NCBI GenBank assembly: GCA_025055295.1
Contig: JANWWW010000001.1
Coordinates: 1,513 to 65,512 of the forward strand
From: Deltaproteobacteria bacterium
GTDB taxonomy: Bacteria; Bdellovibrionota_C; UBA2361; JANWWW01
Direction: 5' to 3'
Length of the DNA: 64,000 nt
Each line of letters starts with the position of its first letter. The stretch's first letter is position 1. The notes under the pieces are model-generated. The model did not search any database. It was given only the letters and a program-made list of their open reading frames with translations, and was not told the origin of the DNA. The translations under genes and the position numbers were made by a program. This document shows positions 10,034 through 19,439 of the stretch, in pieces.

Positions 10034-10632
10034 TTCTGTTGACCAAGTCTAAGACGGGTTTCGAGTTCGTCTAAAAGAGGTTCAACATTTAATTTCAGGG
10101 TTTCGGAGATGCCCCACCATGATTGGTAAAGCTGAGCCTGCGCGACTTTTTCGCATTCTTTGACAAGCTTCTCAACAATATCGTTTATCTGATATTTGTT
10201 ATTTAAATCGCTTCCTGCAAGTTGTGTCACCGTGCCAAACCAGCAGAAAAACTCTTTAAGGGCGTTTACACCCGTTATCATCAATTGGTTAGCCTCCATT
10301 ACTTTTCCTTCTGCAAAAAGCAGTCTTGACTCCCTGATAATTTTTAATATGGCACTTACTATGTACGGGGACTCCTTTAGCCTTGATCTTGCAAAATTTT
10401 CCGGTGTGTCGGTTTTGACGTCGAAAGACCCACCATGAAATTTGGCGAAAGGACCATTCCATTCCACATCTGATATTTGATTGCCATTATAAAGTATTTC
10501 CACGATCATGTTGTCAGGATCGATAAAACCTTTAAGAATTTCAAGAAAGTCTTCAAATCTTTCAATACCGGAAACATTCATTGAATACTCATGTCCGTCT
10601 ATCCTTACTATTGCCTCTGACTGGTTTTGCAT
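10030..10632 (-). CDS. Hypothetical protein, first gene of the sigma-54/TPR operon
   Basis: It is a 200-aa ORF whose stop overlaps the TPR gene start (ATGA). No motif was recognised. Confidence 0.4.
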   Translation of the reverse strand: MQNQSEAIVRIDGHEYSMNVSGIERFEDFLEILKGFIDPDNMIVEILYNGNQISDVEWNGPFAKFHGGSFDVKTDTPENFARSRLKESPYIVSAILKIIRESRLLFAEGKVMEANQLMITGVNALKEFFCWFGTVTQLAGSDLNNKYQINDIVEKLVKECEKVAQAQLYQSWWGISETLKLNVEPLLDELETRLRLGQQK

Positions 10633-10671
10633 ACACTTTTTAGATACTCTTTAATTGGCAAAAGTTTCACT

Positions 10672-11202
10672 ATGGAACTGATAAAATTTTCCGTTGACGG
10701 AAAAAACATCTACCTTGGAATCGAAACCGAGAAAAACCATTTTCCCCTAATTAACGACACCGCAAAAGTTGCAGAAAAATTCTTGTCTTCCGTAAACCCT
10801 CGCAAAAAAATTGCGTTTTCACGATACCCCTTTCCTCATGTAACAGTAGGATCAATATCTATATCACACAAATTTATAAACAGGGTCAAAATCATATTAA
10901 TCGCGTTTTCAGAAGACCTATCTCAGCTTGGCGTAGATTTGGAATTAGATACCAACAACACCCGATGCTTAAAAATCTTAAAAAGATATGGAATATCTTC
11001 CGATCTTTACGAGCCGGTTCAGTTATTTGGAATACTGGAAGCCGGGGTAAAATATTTCAGCTCAAAACTTACAAGACGGGTCTATCTAAATGAAATTGGA
11101 TTGGATAATAACTTGGTATATCTGCGTTCATTAGACGATCAGAATGGATACCCTCTTTGTCTATCTTTTGATAAACTTCGGGTTAGTTTGGTTTACAAGT
11201 AA
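10672..11202 (+). CDS. Possible 4'-phosphopantetheinyl transferase (Sfp/AcpT-like); the start is more likely at the internal Met (MELIKF...)
   Basis: 'LGVDLELD' matches the PPTase G(V/I)D(I/L)E motif. 'FGILEAGVKYFS' loosely matches WxxKEAxxK. The listed ORF start at 10627 would overlap the divergent gene, so the internal ATG at 10672 is preferred. Confidence 0.3.
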   Translation: MELIKFSVDGKNIYLGIETEKNHFPLINDTAKVAEKFLSSVNPRKKIAFSRYPFPHVTVGSISISHKFINRVKIILIAFSEDLSQLGVDLELDTNNTRCLKILKRYGISSDLYEPVQLFGILEAGVKYFSSKLTRRVYLNEIGLDNNLVYLRSLDDQNGYPLCLSFDKLRVSLVYK

Positions 11203-11783
11203 TGTTCGGTAAAGAGGATATACGTGATTTTTTGTTGATAATTGTGGCTGTCATAATCGCGCGTGGCATGGTATTTGAACCGTATAGGATACCGTCTGGT
11301 TCTATGTACCCAACATTGCAAGAGGGCGATATTGTAGTGGGGAGTAAGTTGAGTTACGGATTTAGAATCCCCTTTACCTTTAATATGTTATTCCAATACA
11401 GGCCTGTTAAGAGAGGGGATGTGGTCATCTTTACAAGGCCGGATGATCCGCTCTCCCCCCTAAACGAAAACTGGACAAATTTTGTCAAAAGAGTTATAGC
11501 GTTACCGGGTGAAGAGGTTGAAGTGAGGAATACCAAAGTATTTATAAACGACGTTGAGCTGAAAGAACCTTACGCCAAATATTTTAAGGGTGGTCTGTAC
11601 GACTTTCCTAAAACTAGAGTTCCTGAAGGAAAAATTTTTTTATTGGGAGATAATCGAGATGACTCGACCGACTCAAGATTCTGGCCGTACACTTTTCTCG
11701 ATATATCGCGAGTCAGAGGAAAGGTTGTGTTTGTGCTTTTTTCTCTCTCCGATTTTGACAGGAGATTTATTTTGGTTAAATGA
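11202..11783 (+). CDS. lepB: Signal peptidase I (S26 family)
   Basis: The catalytic Ser box is 'SGSMYPTL' and the Lys box is 'KRVIALPGE'. It has 'GDNRDDSTDSR' (the conserved GDNRxxSxDSR motif). It has an N-terminal transmembrane segment. Confidence 0.8.
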   Translation: MFGKEDIRDFLLIIVAVIIARGMVFEPYRIPSGSMYPTLQEGDIVVGSKLSYGFRIPFTFNMLFQYRPVKRGDVVIFTRPDDPLSPLNENWTNFVKRVIALPGEEVEVRNTKVFINDVELKEPYAKYFKGGLYDFPKTRVPEGKIFLLGDNRDDSTDSRFWPYTFLDISRVRGKVVFVLFSLSDFDRRFILVK

Positions 11784-12628
11784 TTGTCGATCTTAATCGC
11801 ACAGCTATCAAAATTTCAGGCAAAAATGCTCTCAGCTACCTTGAAAATAGGTTAACAGGCATCGTTGATGATGAGGAAACTTTTCAGCCAAATTTCGCGC
11901 TATCACCAACCGGTAAAATCGAGGGATTTTACAGAGTTATCAAAAAAAAAGGAGAGTTCTATGTGATTATCGAATCTTCACCCCCAGAGGAGGCCATCTT
12001 GAGCCTTTTTCGTTTCAAAGTGGCTGAAAATATTAGCTGGACTGAATTAAACGACGTTAAAATTTACCACTCGTTGTTTGAACCCGTATCATTGCCAACA
12101 ACCTCAATTGTAGGTAAGTCCGTAAGAACTGGTATGTGGGGATTTGACATCATATGCGAAAACAATCTTTTTGACACAATGAATTATCCGGCCCAAAAAA
12201 TTTCGGAGTCGGAAATGGAGTTTGAAAAACTAAGGATTGCGTACGGAGATCCTTTATTTTTCGAAGAAGTTCCGGCGAGCGCAAGTTTTGCGGAGATCGC
12301 TCATATGTATCCTCCCAAAAAAGGAAAGTGTTATGTGGGCCAGGAAGTGGTTGAAAAATCTTTATCTATTGGTCGACCTCCTTATATCTTAAAACGATAT
12401 AAAATAAAGCAAACTGATTTGGTGAGTGACGCTATTGATGCGGGTCAAACTATAGTGGACCTCGAATCAAATTTGGCTGTAGGAAAAGTGCTGACTTATC
12501 GTTCAGGCCACGGCTTTATTCGAGTAAAACCTGGTTGTTGGGGTGTAGGGATCAAGACGAGCACGAACATAATCCCGGTAATAGTAGAACCGGAAACGAC
12601 TAATCACCAACCAGATGAATATCCCTGA
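11780..12628 (+). CDS. YgfZ/GcvT-like folate-binding protein
   Basis: 'KGKCYVGQEVVEKS' matches the YgfZ signature KGC(Y/F)xGQE. The N-terminus resembles the GcvT-like domain ('ISGKNALSYLENRLTG'). Confidence 0.55.
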   Translation: MIVDLNRTAIKISGKNALSYLENRLTGIVDDEETFQPNFALSPTGKIEGFYRVIKKKGEFYVIIESSPPEEAILSLFRFKVAENISWTELNDVKIYHSLFEPVSLPTTSIVGKSVRTGMWGFDIICENNLFDTMNYPAQKISESEMEFEKLRIAYGDPLFFEEVPASASFAEIAHMYPPKKGKCYVGQEVVEKSLSIGRPPYILKRYKIKQTDLVSDAIDAGQTIVDLESNLAVGKVLTYRSGHGFIRVKPGCWGVGIKTSTNIIPVIVEPETTNHQPDEYP

Positions 12629-14200
12629 ACACAACGTAAAAAGTGATGCATGTGGGAAAACGCTTATCGTGAAATCGTATTTTGCCAAATAGAGTTTAAG
12701 GGCATTGAGTCCGATAACCAAAAATAAAAAACCAAAAGTTGCAAGGAGTCGTACACCCAACTTTAGGATCATAAAAAGCATAAAAAGATACGACGTTACA
12801 ACGATTATATTCATCAACTCAAAGTCAACAGTTGCTTGGTAAATAATTACATTTTTTACCTCGTCAAAAACGAAATGCTTGGCTTGAAGGTTGAATAAAA
12901 GCAACTCAGATATTTTGCTTGTGACAAAATACTCAAGTGAAGATAAAAAATTCCGGTCCAAGTTGCTTGCCTTAAATGCGTGAAATAACACCACATTAAA
13001 AGTACCAAATACAAAAAGCCAGCTATAAAAGAAGAATTTGAGGTAAGTTGACACTTTCATTTGATGATGAGCGAAGCCAACTATGGGCGTCATAACGAGT
13101 AAACTAAGCAGCGAAAACTTAAAACTCAGTTTTGCAGCTTCGAAATGCGCCACTGCTATAGCTGCCGATGTGAAAGCGAGTAGAATCGCACTTAAATTAA
13201 CAAGGCCCATAAGAAAAGAGGCGTGATTTGGCTTACTATGCCCGTCATAAGAAGTATTTGATGAGGTTTTGTTTCTTTTAAAAGCCATAACCCCCTTAAC
13301 CGATTTTTTTCTTGCTTTTATTGGTTCATCTTTGGTCTTTTCTAACGATATATTCACACTGGCATTTCCGAAATTTCTTAATTCTTCAGAAATCGCCATA
13401 AAAGATTTTTTAACCACCTCGGTCGACACTGGCCTCAAATCAGGGTTTTTCTCAAGCATACTTGAAACAAGGTTAGCCAAAGAGGCAGGAATTCTTGTGT
13501 CAAGGTCTTTTAAGCTGCGAGGTACAAGTGTTGTGTGTTTTTCAAAGGCTGACTGGGTGGACTCTGATTCAAACGGACAAGAACCCGAGCAAAGTTCATA
13601 AGCTATAACTCCGAGTGAATACAAATCGGATTTAAAATCCGGTTTTTTCCCAAGCCATATTTCGGGAGCGACGTATCCAAAACTACCATAAACTCTATGG
13701 TCTAATTCCAAAGGATTGCTTGTTAGAAGGTTGGCAATGCCGAAATCAGCAATTTTACAATCAAGATTTTCGGTCAATATAATGTTTGCCGGTTTTAAAT
13801 CGCGATGAATTACTCCAGCTTTGTGTATCTCCGACAAACCGTCGGTAATTTGAATCAGAAACTTCAATATTAAATTAAGTGGTATAGATCTAACCTTAGA
13901 AAGGTAACTCCTCAACGAATCCCCAGAGATGTATTCCATAGTGTAATACAAACATCCCTCAGCCCACCCTAGATCAAAAGTTCTTACCACATTTGGATGA
14001 GATATTTTTCTTGTGAGCTTTACTTCGTAGATAAATTTTTCAACATAAAGCGGGTTAAGGGTGGCTTCTTTTTTTATCACCTTCAAAGCCACTTTTTCAT
14101 TCAACAAGCTGTCCTCAACAAGATAAACCTGTCCCATCCCCCCTTTACCGATCAAGGAAATAAAACGATACCGATCAGCAAACAGCTTGTTATCCTGCAT
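12503..14200 (-). CDS. Hanks-type Ser/Thr protein kinase fused to a C-terminal polytopic (about 8 TM) membrane domain
   Basis: The glycine loop is 'LIGKGGMGQVY' and the VAIK-like box is 'VALKVI'. The catalytic loop is 'HRDLKPANIIL'. It has 'DFGIA' and 'GSFGYVAPE'. The C-terminal roughly 240 aa contain multiple long hydrophobic helices. Confidence 0.8.
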   Translation of the reverse strand: MQDNKLFADRYRFISLIGKGGMGQVYLVEDSLLNEKVALKVIKKEATLNPLYVEKFIYEVKLTRKISHPNVVRTFDLGWAEGCLYYTMEYISGDSLRSYLSKVRSIPLNLILKFLIQITDGLSEIHKAGVIHRDLKPANIILTENLDCKIADFGIANLLTSNPLELDHRVYGSFGYVAPEIWLGKKPDFKSDLYSLGVIAYELCSGSCPFESESTQSAFEKHTTLVPRSLKDLDTRIPASLANLVSSMLEKNPDLRPVSTEVVKKSFMAISEELRNFGNASVNISLEKTKDEPIKARKKSVKGVMAFKRNKTSSNTSYDGHSKPNHASFLMGLVNLSAILLAFTSAAIAVAHFEAAKLSFKFSLLSLLVMTPIVGFAHHQMKVSTYLKFFFYSWLFVFGTFNVVLFHAFKASNLDRNFLSSLEYFVTSKISELLLFNLQAKHFVFDEVKNVIIYQATVDFELMNIIVVTSYLFMLFMILKLGVRLLATFGFLFLVIGLNALKLYLAKYDFTISVFPHASLFTLCSGIFIWLVISRFRFYYYRDYVRARLDPYTPTTRFYSNKAVA

Positions 14201-14237
14201 CTAGAAAGACTTATCGGTATAATTTAGCAATATCTAA

Positions 14238-14606
14238 ATGAAAATATTTCTTTTTTTGGTTCTACACATTTTGACAGAACCTTTCGATTTGTCATTTGAG
14301 AGAAAGTTACAAAACTTTTATCGGTCTCTTTGGAGCCCTTTTTGTCCGGGACGGTCATTGGCAGATTGTCCAACTCAACAAGCAGAGAATTTAAAGGTTG
14401 AAATAAGGCAAATGGTCATTGAGGGCAAAGACCTTAAATTCATAGTGTCGGAATTGAACTCCAGATACGGCCAAAACGTGGTCTCTTACCCATCCGAAAA
14501 GAAAGAAATTTTGATTGCAAAGTTACCCTTTTATTTCTTTGTTGGCATAGTTATTTTTTTCTTTTGTTTTAAGGCCAGAACCATATATCGGAACGCAAAG
14601 CATTAA
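14238..14606 (+). CDS. CcmH/NrfF-like cytochrome c biogenesis (thiol-disulfide) protein
   Basis: It has an N-terminal signal and then 'FCPGRSLADCP'. It has '...EGKDLKFIVSELNSRYGQNVVSYP' and a C-terminal transmembrane segment. This layout resembles CcmH (LRCxxC ... RYG..V). Confidence 0.4.
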   Translation: MKIFLFLVLHILTEPFDLSFERKLQNFYRSLWSPFCPGRSLADCPTQQAENLKVEIRQMVIEGKDLKFIVSELNSRYGQNVVSYPSEKKEILIAKLPFYFFVGIVIFFFCFKARTIYRNAKH

Positions 14607-15126
14607 TACAGTTTTCCACATGTTGTCTAAAATCCACTTCAAGCTCTTCCGCGCCCCGAAGCAAAACATCTCTGCTGATGCCTTTGCTAAAACTTTTCTC
14701 GTTAAATCTTTTCATGACAAAATCAAACGTAAGATCCTCAAAGTTTCTGGAGGGATGTACCCTTGAGCAAGCATTTAAAAAACCGGACAATTCATCCACT
14801 GCGTATAAACATTTTGCCAGTTGTGTCACCCGTTGCACGTTGGTGTAATCGGCATGACCTAGTACAGCTTCAATTATGGAGTCAGAAAAACCATTGTTCT
14901 TGAGTATTGACACGCCGAGGTAGGGGTGACCATCCGGAGGATTTGTGTGTTTTGTGGTATCGTAATCGAGATCATGAACCAGCCCGGTTACTACCCACTC
15001 TTCATTATTTTGGTGAAAAAAATTTGCGTAGTAATTCATGCATTGAGCCACCTGCAAAAGGTGTCTAAGCAGGTTATCCGACTTCACATGACTGCGCACA
15101 AGTTCCCTAGCCTTTGCTAATAACAT
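14569..15126 (-). CDS. HD-domain phosphohydrolase
   Basis: It has His at 'HLLQV' and an HD dyad at 'GLVHDLDY'. It is 185 aa. Confidence 0.5.
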   Translation of the reverse strand: MLLAKARELVRSHVKSDNLLRHLLQVAQCMNYYANFFHQNNEEWVVTGLVHDLDYDTTKHTNPPDGHPYLGVSILKNNGFSDSIIEAVLGHADYTNVQRVTQLAKCLYAVDELSGFLNACSRVHPSRNFEDLTFDFVMKRFNEKSFSKGISRDVLLRGAEELEVDFRQHVENCINALRSDIWFWP

Positions 15127-15136
15127 TTAAAGAACT

Positions 15137-16435
15137 TTAACTTTTTTTGAATCGACTGGCAACCAAAGTGACAAATTTTTCGTCGTTGCAAAATTCGTTC
15201 TCGAGGGCTTTTCGCTTTAATGCCCTGAGGCAACGTCCGAGAAAAACGCCCTCCGTAAACCCAAGCTTTTTTAGAGTGTTGCCATTAAACAAGAAAGTCA
15301 CCTTATGCGGACGAGTGGCTTCAAGAACCAAAGTATCAAAATACTGTAGCGCTTCCAGAACCTGTTCATCAGATTGGATTGGCGGCTTATCCGCAATTTT
15401 AAAAAGTCTCCATAAGTTAAACCATTTGCCGGACTCAAGCCGAATTCGTCTCGCTCCCGATGGGCCGCAATGCAATGGTCTCATATGAAGTTTTACAAGC
15501 GTCTTAACCGCTTGAACAAACTCTTGTTCTAAAGCGAAACCTTTTAAGACTGCTTCCGCATACTGTGCTGACAAAAATTCATGGTTGTAAAATCGCCTTC
15601 TTTTATTTTTATCGATTACCAAAGACTGTGGTTTCGCTATATCGTGAAAAAAACCGGTGGCGACGAGAATTTGTTTCTCATAAGCCGACAACGAGTAGGT
15701 CCGAGAAATATCCTCGCATCTTTCAATTACAGTTAGAATATGGTTAGAGACGTCCTCAGTATGAAATTCGTTCTGGAGGAAGCCCCGTGTGAACGGCCAT
15801 AAACTAAACAGCTCGTCTAAAATTAACATGTCATTCATAAACCTAAAAGCTTGTCCAACATAATCCGCTTTAAGTATTTTGAAAAATTCAGCCCCCTTTC
15901 TTTCAGGCTTCGCTTGTTGAAGACTTTCAAGGCTTTCCTTTATCTTCATAATCACGTCCTCATGAACGGTAAAACCTATACCCGGCCCAAACCTAACTGC
16001 CCTTAAAATTCTAACCGAATCTTCGGAAATTGAATTCAACGAAACTAATCTCAAGATCCTCATATCAAGATCTTTGAGGCCGCCAAAAGGATCTACAATC
16101 TCGCCCGTTGAAACATTTTGAGCAATCGCATTTACTGTAAAGTCTCTTCCCGAGAGATCCGAAATCAAATCACCCCTTATTTCCGTAAAGTCAAATGTTA
16201 CATTTTCATGAAAAGCTCTCACTGTCTCATACCTGTCGGATAGCCTGAACCAAGAGATATTCTTTTTCCGCAAATATTCAACCACCTTTTGCAGATTTCC
16301 TACGATTAAATCAACCTCTCCTTGAAAAGGCTTGTTGAGAAAGTAGTCTCTTAGGTATCCTCCAACTAAATACCCATCTACTAATTTCGATACTGCCTGA
16401 ATTAGTGAATTATTCAAGATATGTTCAGGTTGCAA
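15137..16435 (-). CDS. cca: tRNA nucleotidyltransferase (CCA-adding enzyme) with a C-terminal HD domain
   Basis: It has 'YLVGGYLRDYFL...GEVDL' (the pol-beta-type GGxVRD...D.D nucleotidyltransferase motif). It has a downstream 'FFHDIAKP' HD motif. Confidence 0.75.
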   Translation of the reverse strand: MQPEHILNNSLIQAVSKLVDGYLVGGYLRDYFLNKPFQGEVDLIVGNLQKVVEYLRKKNISWFRLSDRYETVRAFHENVTFDFTEIRGDLISDLSGRDFTVNAIAQNVSTGEIVDPFGGLKDLDMRILRLVSLNSISEDSVRILRAVRFGPGIGFTVHEDVIMKIKESLESLQQAKPERKGAEFFKILKADYVGQAFRFMNDMLILDELFSLWPFTRGFLQNEFHTEDVSNHILTVIERCEDISRTYSLSAYEKQILVATGFFHDIAKPQSLVIDKNKRRRFYNHEFLSAQYAEAVLKGFALEQEFVQAVKTLVKLHMRPLHCGPSGARRIRLESGKWFNLWRLFKIADKPPIQSDEQVLEALQYFDTLVLEATRPHKVTFLFNGNTLKKLGFTEGVFLGRCLRALKRKALENEFCNDEKFVTLVASRFKKS

Positions 16436-16444
16436 TTTTCCTAA

Positions 16445-16954
16445 TCAGTAATAAAATATGTAATTCCTCCAGCTCGTAGGAACCTCCTCCCTGTCCCTGA
16501 GTATCGGGAGCCACAGAGGCTTTCTTGGGTGAGCAAGGAGGGTCAAGCCTGCCTCAGAAGGAGTTTTATCTCCTTTCTTTCGATTGCAAGAAGCACACGA
16601 TGTGACCATATTCTCCCAAGTAGATTGTCCTCCTCTTGATCGTGGAATTATATGATCAATCGTTGCTGAAACCGGGTTTAATTTAGACCCGCAGTACTGG
16701 CATCGAAAACCGTCCCGAGCAAGAAGGTTCGCCCTTGTTAACGGCACACTTCTTCTGAAATGTTTTGCCATGTGAAGCAGTCTGACAACAGACGGCAAAT
16801 ACACCGATAGATTTACGCTTCTAATTACGTGATCATATGTTTCGATAATTTCAACTTTGTTGGCAAAATATAAATTAATCGCTCTTTTCCAAGTGATAAC
16901 CTTTAAAGGTTCGTAACTTGCATTCAGAAGTAGAACCGGTTTGAAAGGCTTCAT
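16445..16954 (-). CDS. Stand-alone HNH endonuclease (McrA-like, 169 aa)
   Basis: It has 'CQYCGSKLNPVSATIDHIIPRSRGGQSTWENMVTSCASCNRKKGDK', which is a canonical C..C...H..N...C..C HNH motif. Confidence 0.75.
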   Translation of the reverse strand: MKPFKPVLLLNASYEPLKVITWKRAINLYFANKVEIIETYDHVIRSVNLSVYLPSVVRLLHMAKHFRRSVPLTRANLLARDGFRCQYCGSKLNPVSATIDHIIPRSRGGQSTWENMVTSCASCNRKKGDKTPSEAGLTLLAHPRKPLWLPILRDREEVPTSWRNYIFYY

Positions 16955-17021
16955 TATGTTTTATTTAAATTATCGGCCTTATAATTATGTTTATCAATAA
17001 ATTTTAGGCACACGATAATTT

Positions 17022-17552
17022 ATGAGAAATATCACCTCAATAAAAGCTGTAATAATCAGCCGCACCAGTTACCAAAAAAAAGATTATTTTGAAGCCTTCA
17101 CTCAAGAGTACGGGAAAATCAACCTACAACTTTCGTTGAGAATTCGTTACTTCAGGCGTGTCGATGAAAGCGACTTTTGCGAACTTGATGTGGTGAACAG
17201 AGAACAGGACACTTGGGTAATTTGCGGAATTCACTCAATAAAAACTTTCAAAAAACTGCGTCAGAACACTTTTTGTTATGCGCTCTGGTGTGTTGCTTCA
17301 GAAGTTATCCGAAAATCTTTCGGTTATGAAGTACCGTATCCGGATGTTTTTCAGGCCCTTTTGCGGTTTCTGGCCGACCCGAACCACTTTACCTTAAAAA
17401 ATCTCCTGTCCTGCTCCGCAATTGAGCATGGGATATCTGACTCATCCACGGATACATACCAGTCCATAAAAGCATTGGAAAAGGCTTTGGATATACAAGT
17501 ACGCTCATATGGGGACTTATTGAACTTTAATTATCTAACAGAAACTACTTGA
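17022..17552 (+). CDS. Hypothetical protein with weak resemblance to a RecO N-terminal domain
   Basis: The N-terminus 'IKAVIISRTSYQKKDYFEAFTQEYGKINL' resembles the RecO start ('GIVLRxRDYGExDxIVTLFTxExGK'). The protein is short (176 aa) and lacks a clear zinc finger. Confidence 0.25.
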   Translation: MRNITSIKAVIISRTSYQKKDYFEAFTQEYGKINLQLSLRIRYFRRVDESDFCELDVVNREQDTWVICGIHSIKTFKKLRQNTFCYALWCVASEVIRKSFGYEVPYPDVFQALLRFLADPNHFTLKNLLSCSAIEHGISDSSTDTYQSIKALEKALDIQVRSYGDLLNFNYLTETT

Positions 17553-17589
17553 AAAGCTGTGGCGAAACGAGTTTAATACAAATACTAGT

Positions 17590-17931
17590 ATGCCGAAAAA
17601 GCAGAACGTTGAGGCTCATGCAAAGGAAGATTTGTATGAGAATTGTTTAAGTGAAATTTACTTTAGCAACGATTTTAAAGCTGAACGCAACCTGCTTGCA
17701 GCGGTGCTAGCCAGAGCTATTTGCGACGCTTTTGGAAGCGCCGATGTGGAAAAGCATGTTCGAAGAACAGCTCGTCAGTGGATTTTTGGTTCAAACGATC
17801 CTTCAAAACCTTTTTCTTTTGAGTGGGTGTGTAACAGCCTCGAGATAGATCCTTTTGAATTAAGAAGAATGCTTCGAAATTACGAACTTGACCCTAAATT
17901 ATTCGAAGATAAGTTCTCGCTGTTAAAGTAA
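17590..17931 (+). CDS. Hypothetical protein (113 aa)
   Basis: It is an ORF only. No motif was recognised. Confidence 0.3.
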   Translation: MPKKQNVEAHAKEDLYENCLSEIYFSNDFKAERNLLAAVLARAICDAFGSADVEKHVRRTARQWIFGSNDPSKPFSFEWVCNSLEIDPFELRRMLRNYELDPKLFEDKFSLLK

Positions 17932-18173
17932 GTCTATAATTATTTTAGCTCTCGTCAATTTTCCGGAACTTGCGTGAATGTGTTTTTTTCTTTTTTCGCT
18001 GAATGAGGTTATTACGAGGATTATTCTGGTTTCTGGCTTTGATTATCATATTCAAACTTTGGCAAAGCTCTATTGAAACTGAAAACTTTAAAGGCTTCTT
18101 GATCTCCGCAATTCACACTCTTTTAGCATGGTTCTTTTTTGACTTCTTTGTTCTACGTCGCCCCGAGTAAATC

Positions 18174-19378
18174 TTATTCGAAAATCTCAAGTGGACCAAA
18201 AATGTAGTTTTTTTTGCCGAACTTGTTCATTCCCATCAAAATGTTTTGACACTGCATTGCAAGATCCTCATCAAAAACCTCGCCGTTTTTGTGCAAATCG
18301 TCCAAGTTAACTGAGCGCATGGACAAATAATAGTCTGGATCCAGGTTTTTGGACGTGCACTTAAATTTAAAGTTTTCGAAAGTCTCTTTGATATTGTGAT
18401 CGGACACCTCAAAATACTTGAAAAACCTTCTTTGCATAAATCTCATGCAAAGATCACTTAAAATAGAGTCCTTGCTCTTTGACCATTGGATCAAGTGATA
18501 ACGAAACCATGACTCGCTATTAACGTAAACATCTTCAATACCGATGTCATTCCATGAAGCACATCGCAAAAATCTGACCATAGTCTCATCCGCAAAAACT
18601 TGGTTGTGAGATAAAAATTTTGCCCGCTTGACGATTTTTTCTAGAAGAACCTCTGCGCTAAGAACTTTTGGATGGTAGAACACCTGATCGTACATCGCAA
18701 ACCTTGACAAGAAGAAACTTAAAAGGGTTGGAATCCTCCGTTTTTTTATCCCCAATTTTTCCTGTTTTACTATAAGGCTGTCAATGAGGGCGTCTACATT
18801 GTAAATTCCAAATCCAACTCCCGATAGAATAGAGTCCGTGTATATCCAACTACCCCTGTCAACATTCCAAAAATCGCCATGAAGAAGCTGATAACAGTAT
18901 TCGGGAGCCAGCCGCCTTTCCTGTCCAAGCAAGTCAGTTAAATAATCTAGAATTTTATCCGGCAGATTAATCTCACTTTGAAACCAAGAGCTGGTTATGA
19001 TTTTCAGTCCCAATTTTTCATGAAAATCCTGCTGGTCGGGGAACCATATGCGCCAAGCAAGATGACTGCCCGGCGCTAAGTGACCTATATCATGCAACAA
19101 ACTTGCCAGCACTAGGGAATAGGCTAGTCTACGGACTGTTCCAAAATTTCCAGTTTCTTTGCACATCTATACATTAAATATGCTGCATGAAGCGAATGGC
19201 CAAACCTGGTGTTTTCCGAAAAAGGGAAAACATATCGACAACAACCGGTTTGATATACATCCCTCAATCTTTGAAGCCACCTACAGTCAAGTATCGACAT
19301 AAACAATTCCTCCACCGGTGGCGGAAATTCAAAATCAAGGGTTTTGTCGACTAAATAAGAAAAGTTTCTGGTAACCAC
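18174..19378 (-). pseudogene. Frameshifted dGTP/dNTP triphosphohydrolase-like HD-domain gene (Dgt/SAMHD1 family), split into an 84-aa and a 330-aa ORF
   Basis: The upstream piece has 'TRFGHSLHAAY', which matches the family 'RFxHSLGV' motif. The downstream piece has 'LLHDIGHLAPGSH', which matches 'LLHDIGHxPFSH'. The two ORFs are on the same strand but in different frames and overlap at 19124-19166. Confidence 0.6.
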
Positions 19379-19439
19379 AAAAAATATTTTAGAAAAAATT
19401 TGAAATTAACGATATTTTTCGTCAAATGGGAGAGGCGCT

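Noticed and set aside
10627-10671. Listed start of the 191-aa plus-strand ORF at 10627, which overlaps the divergent minus-strand gene start
   Set aside because: Divergent genes cannot share coding start regions sensibly. The internal ATG at 10672 (MELIKF...) is the more plausible start.
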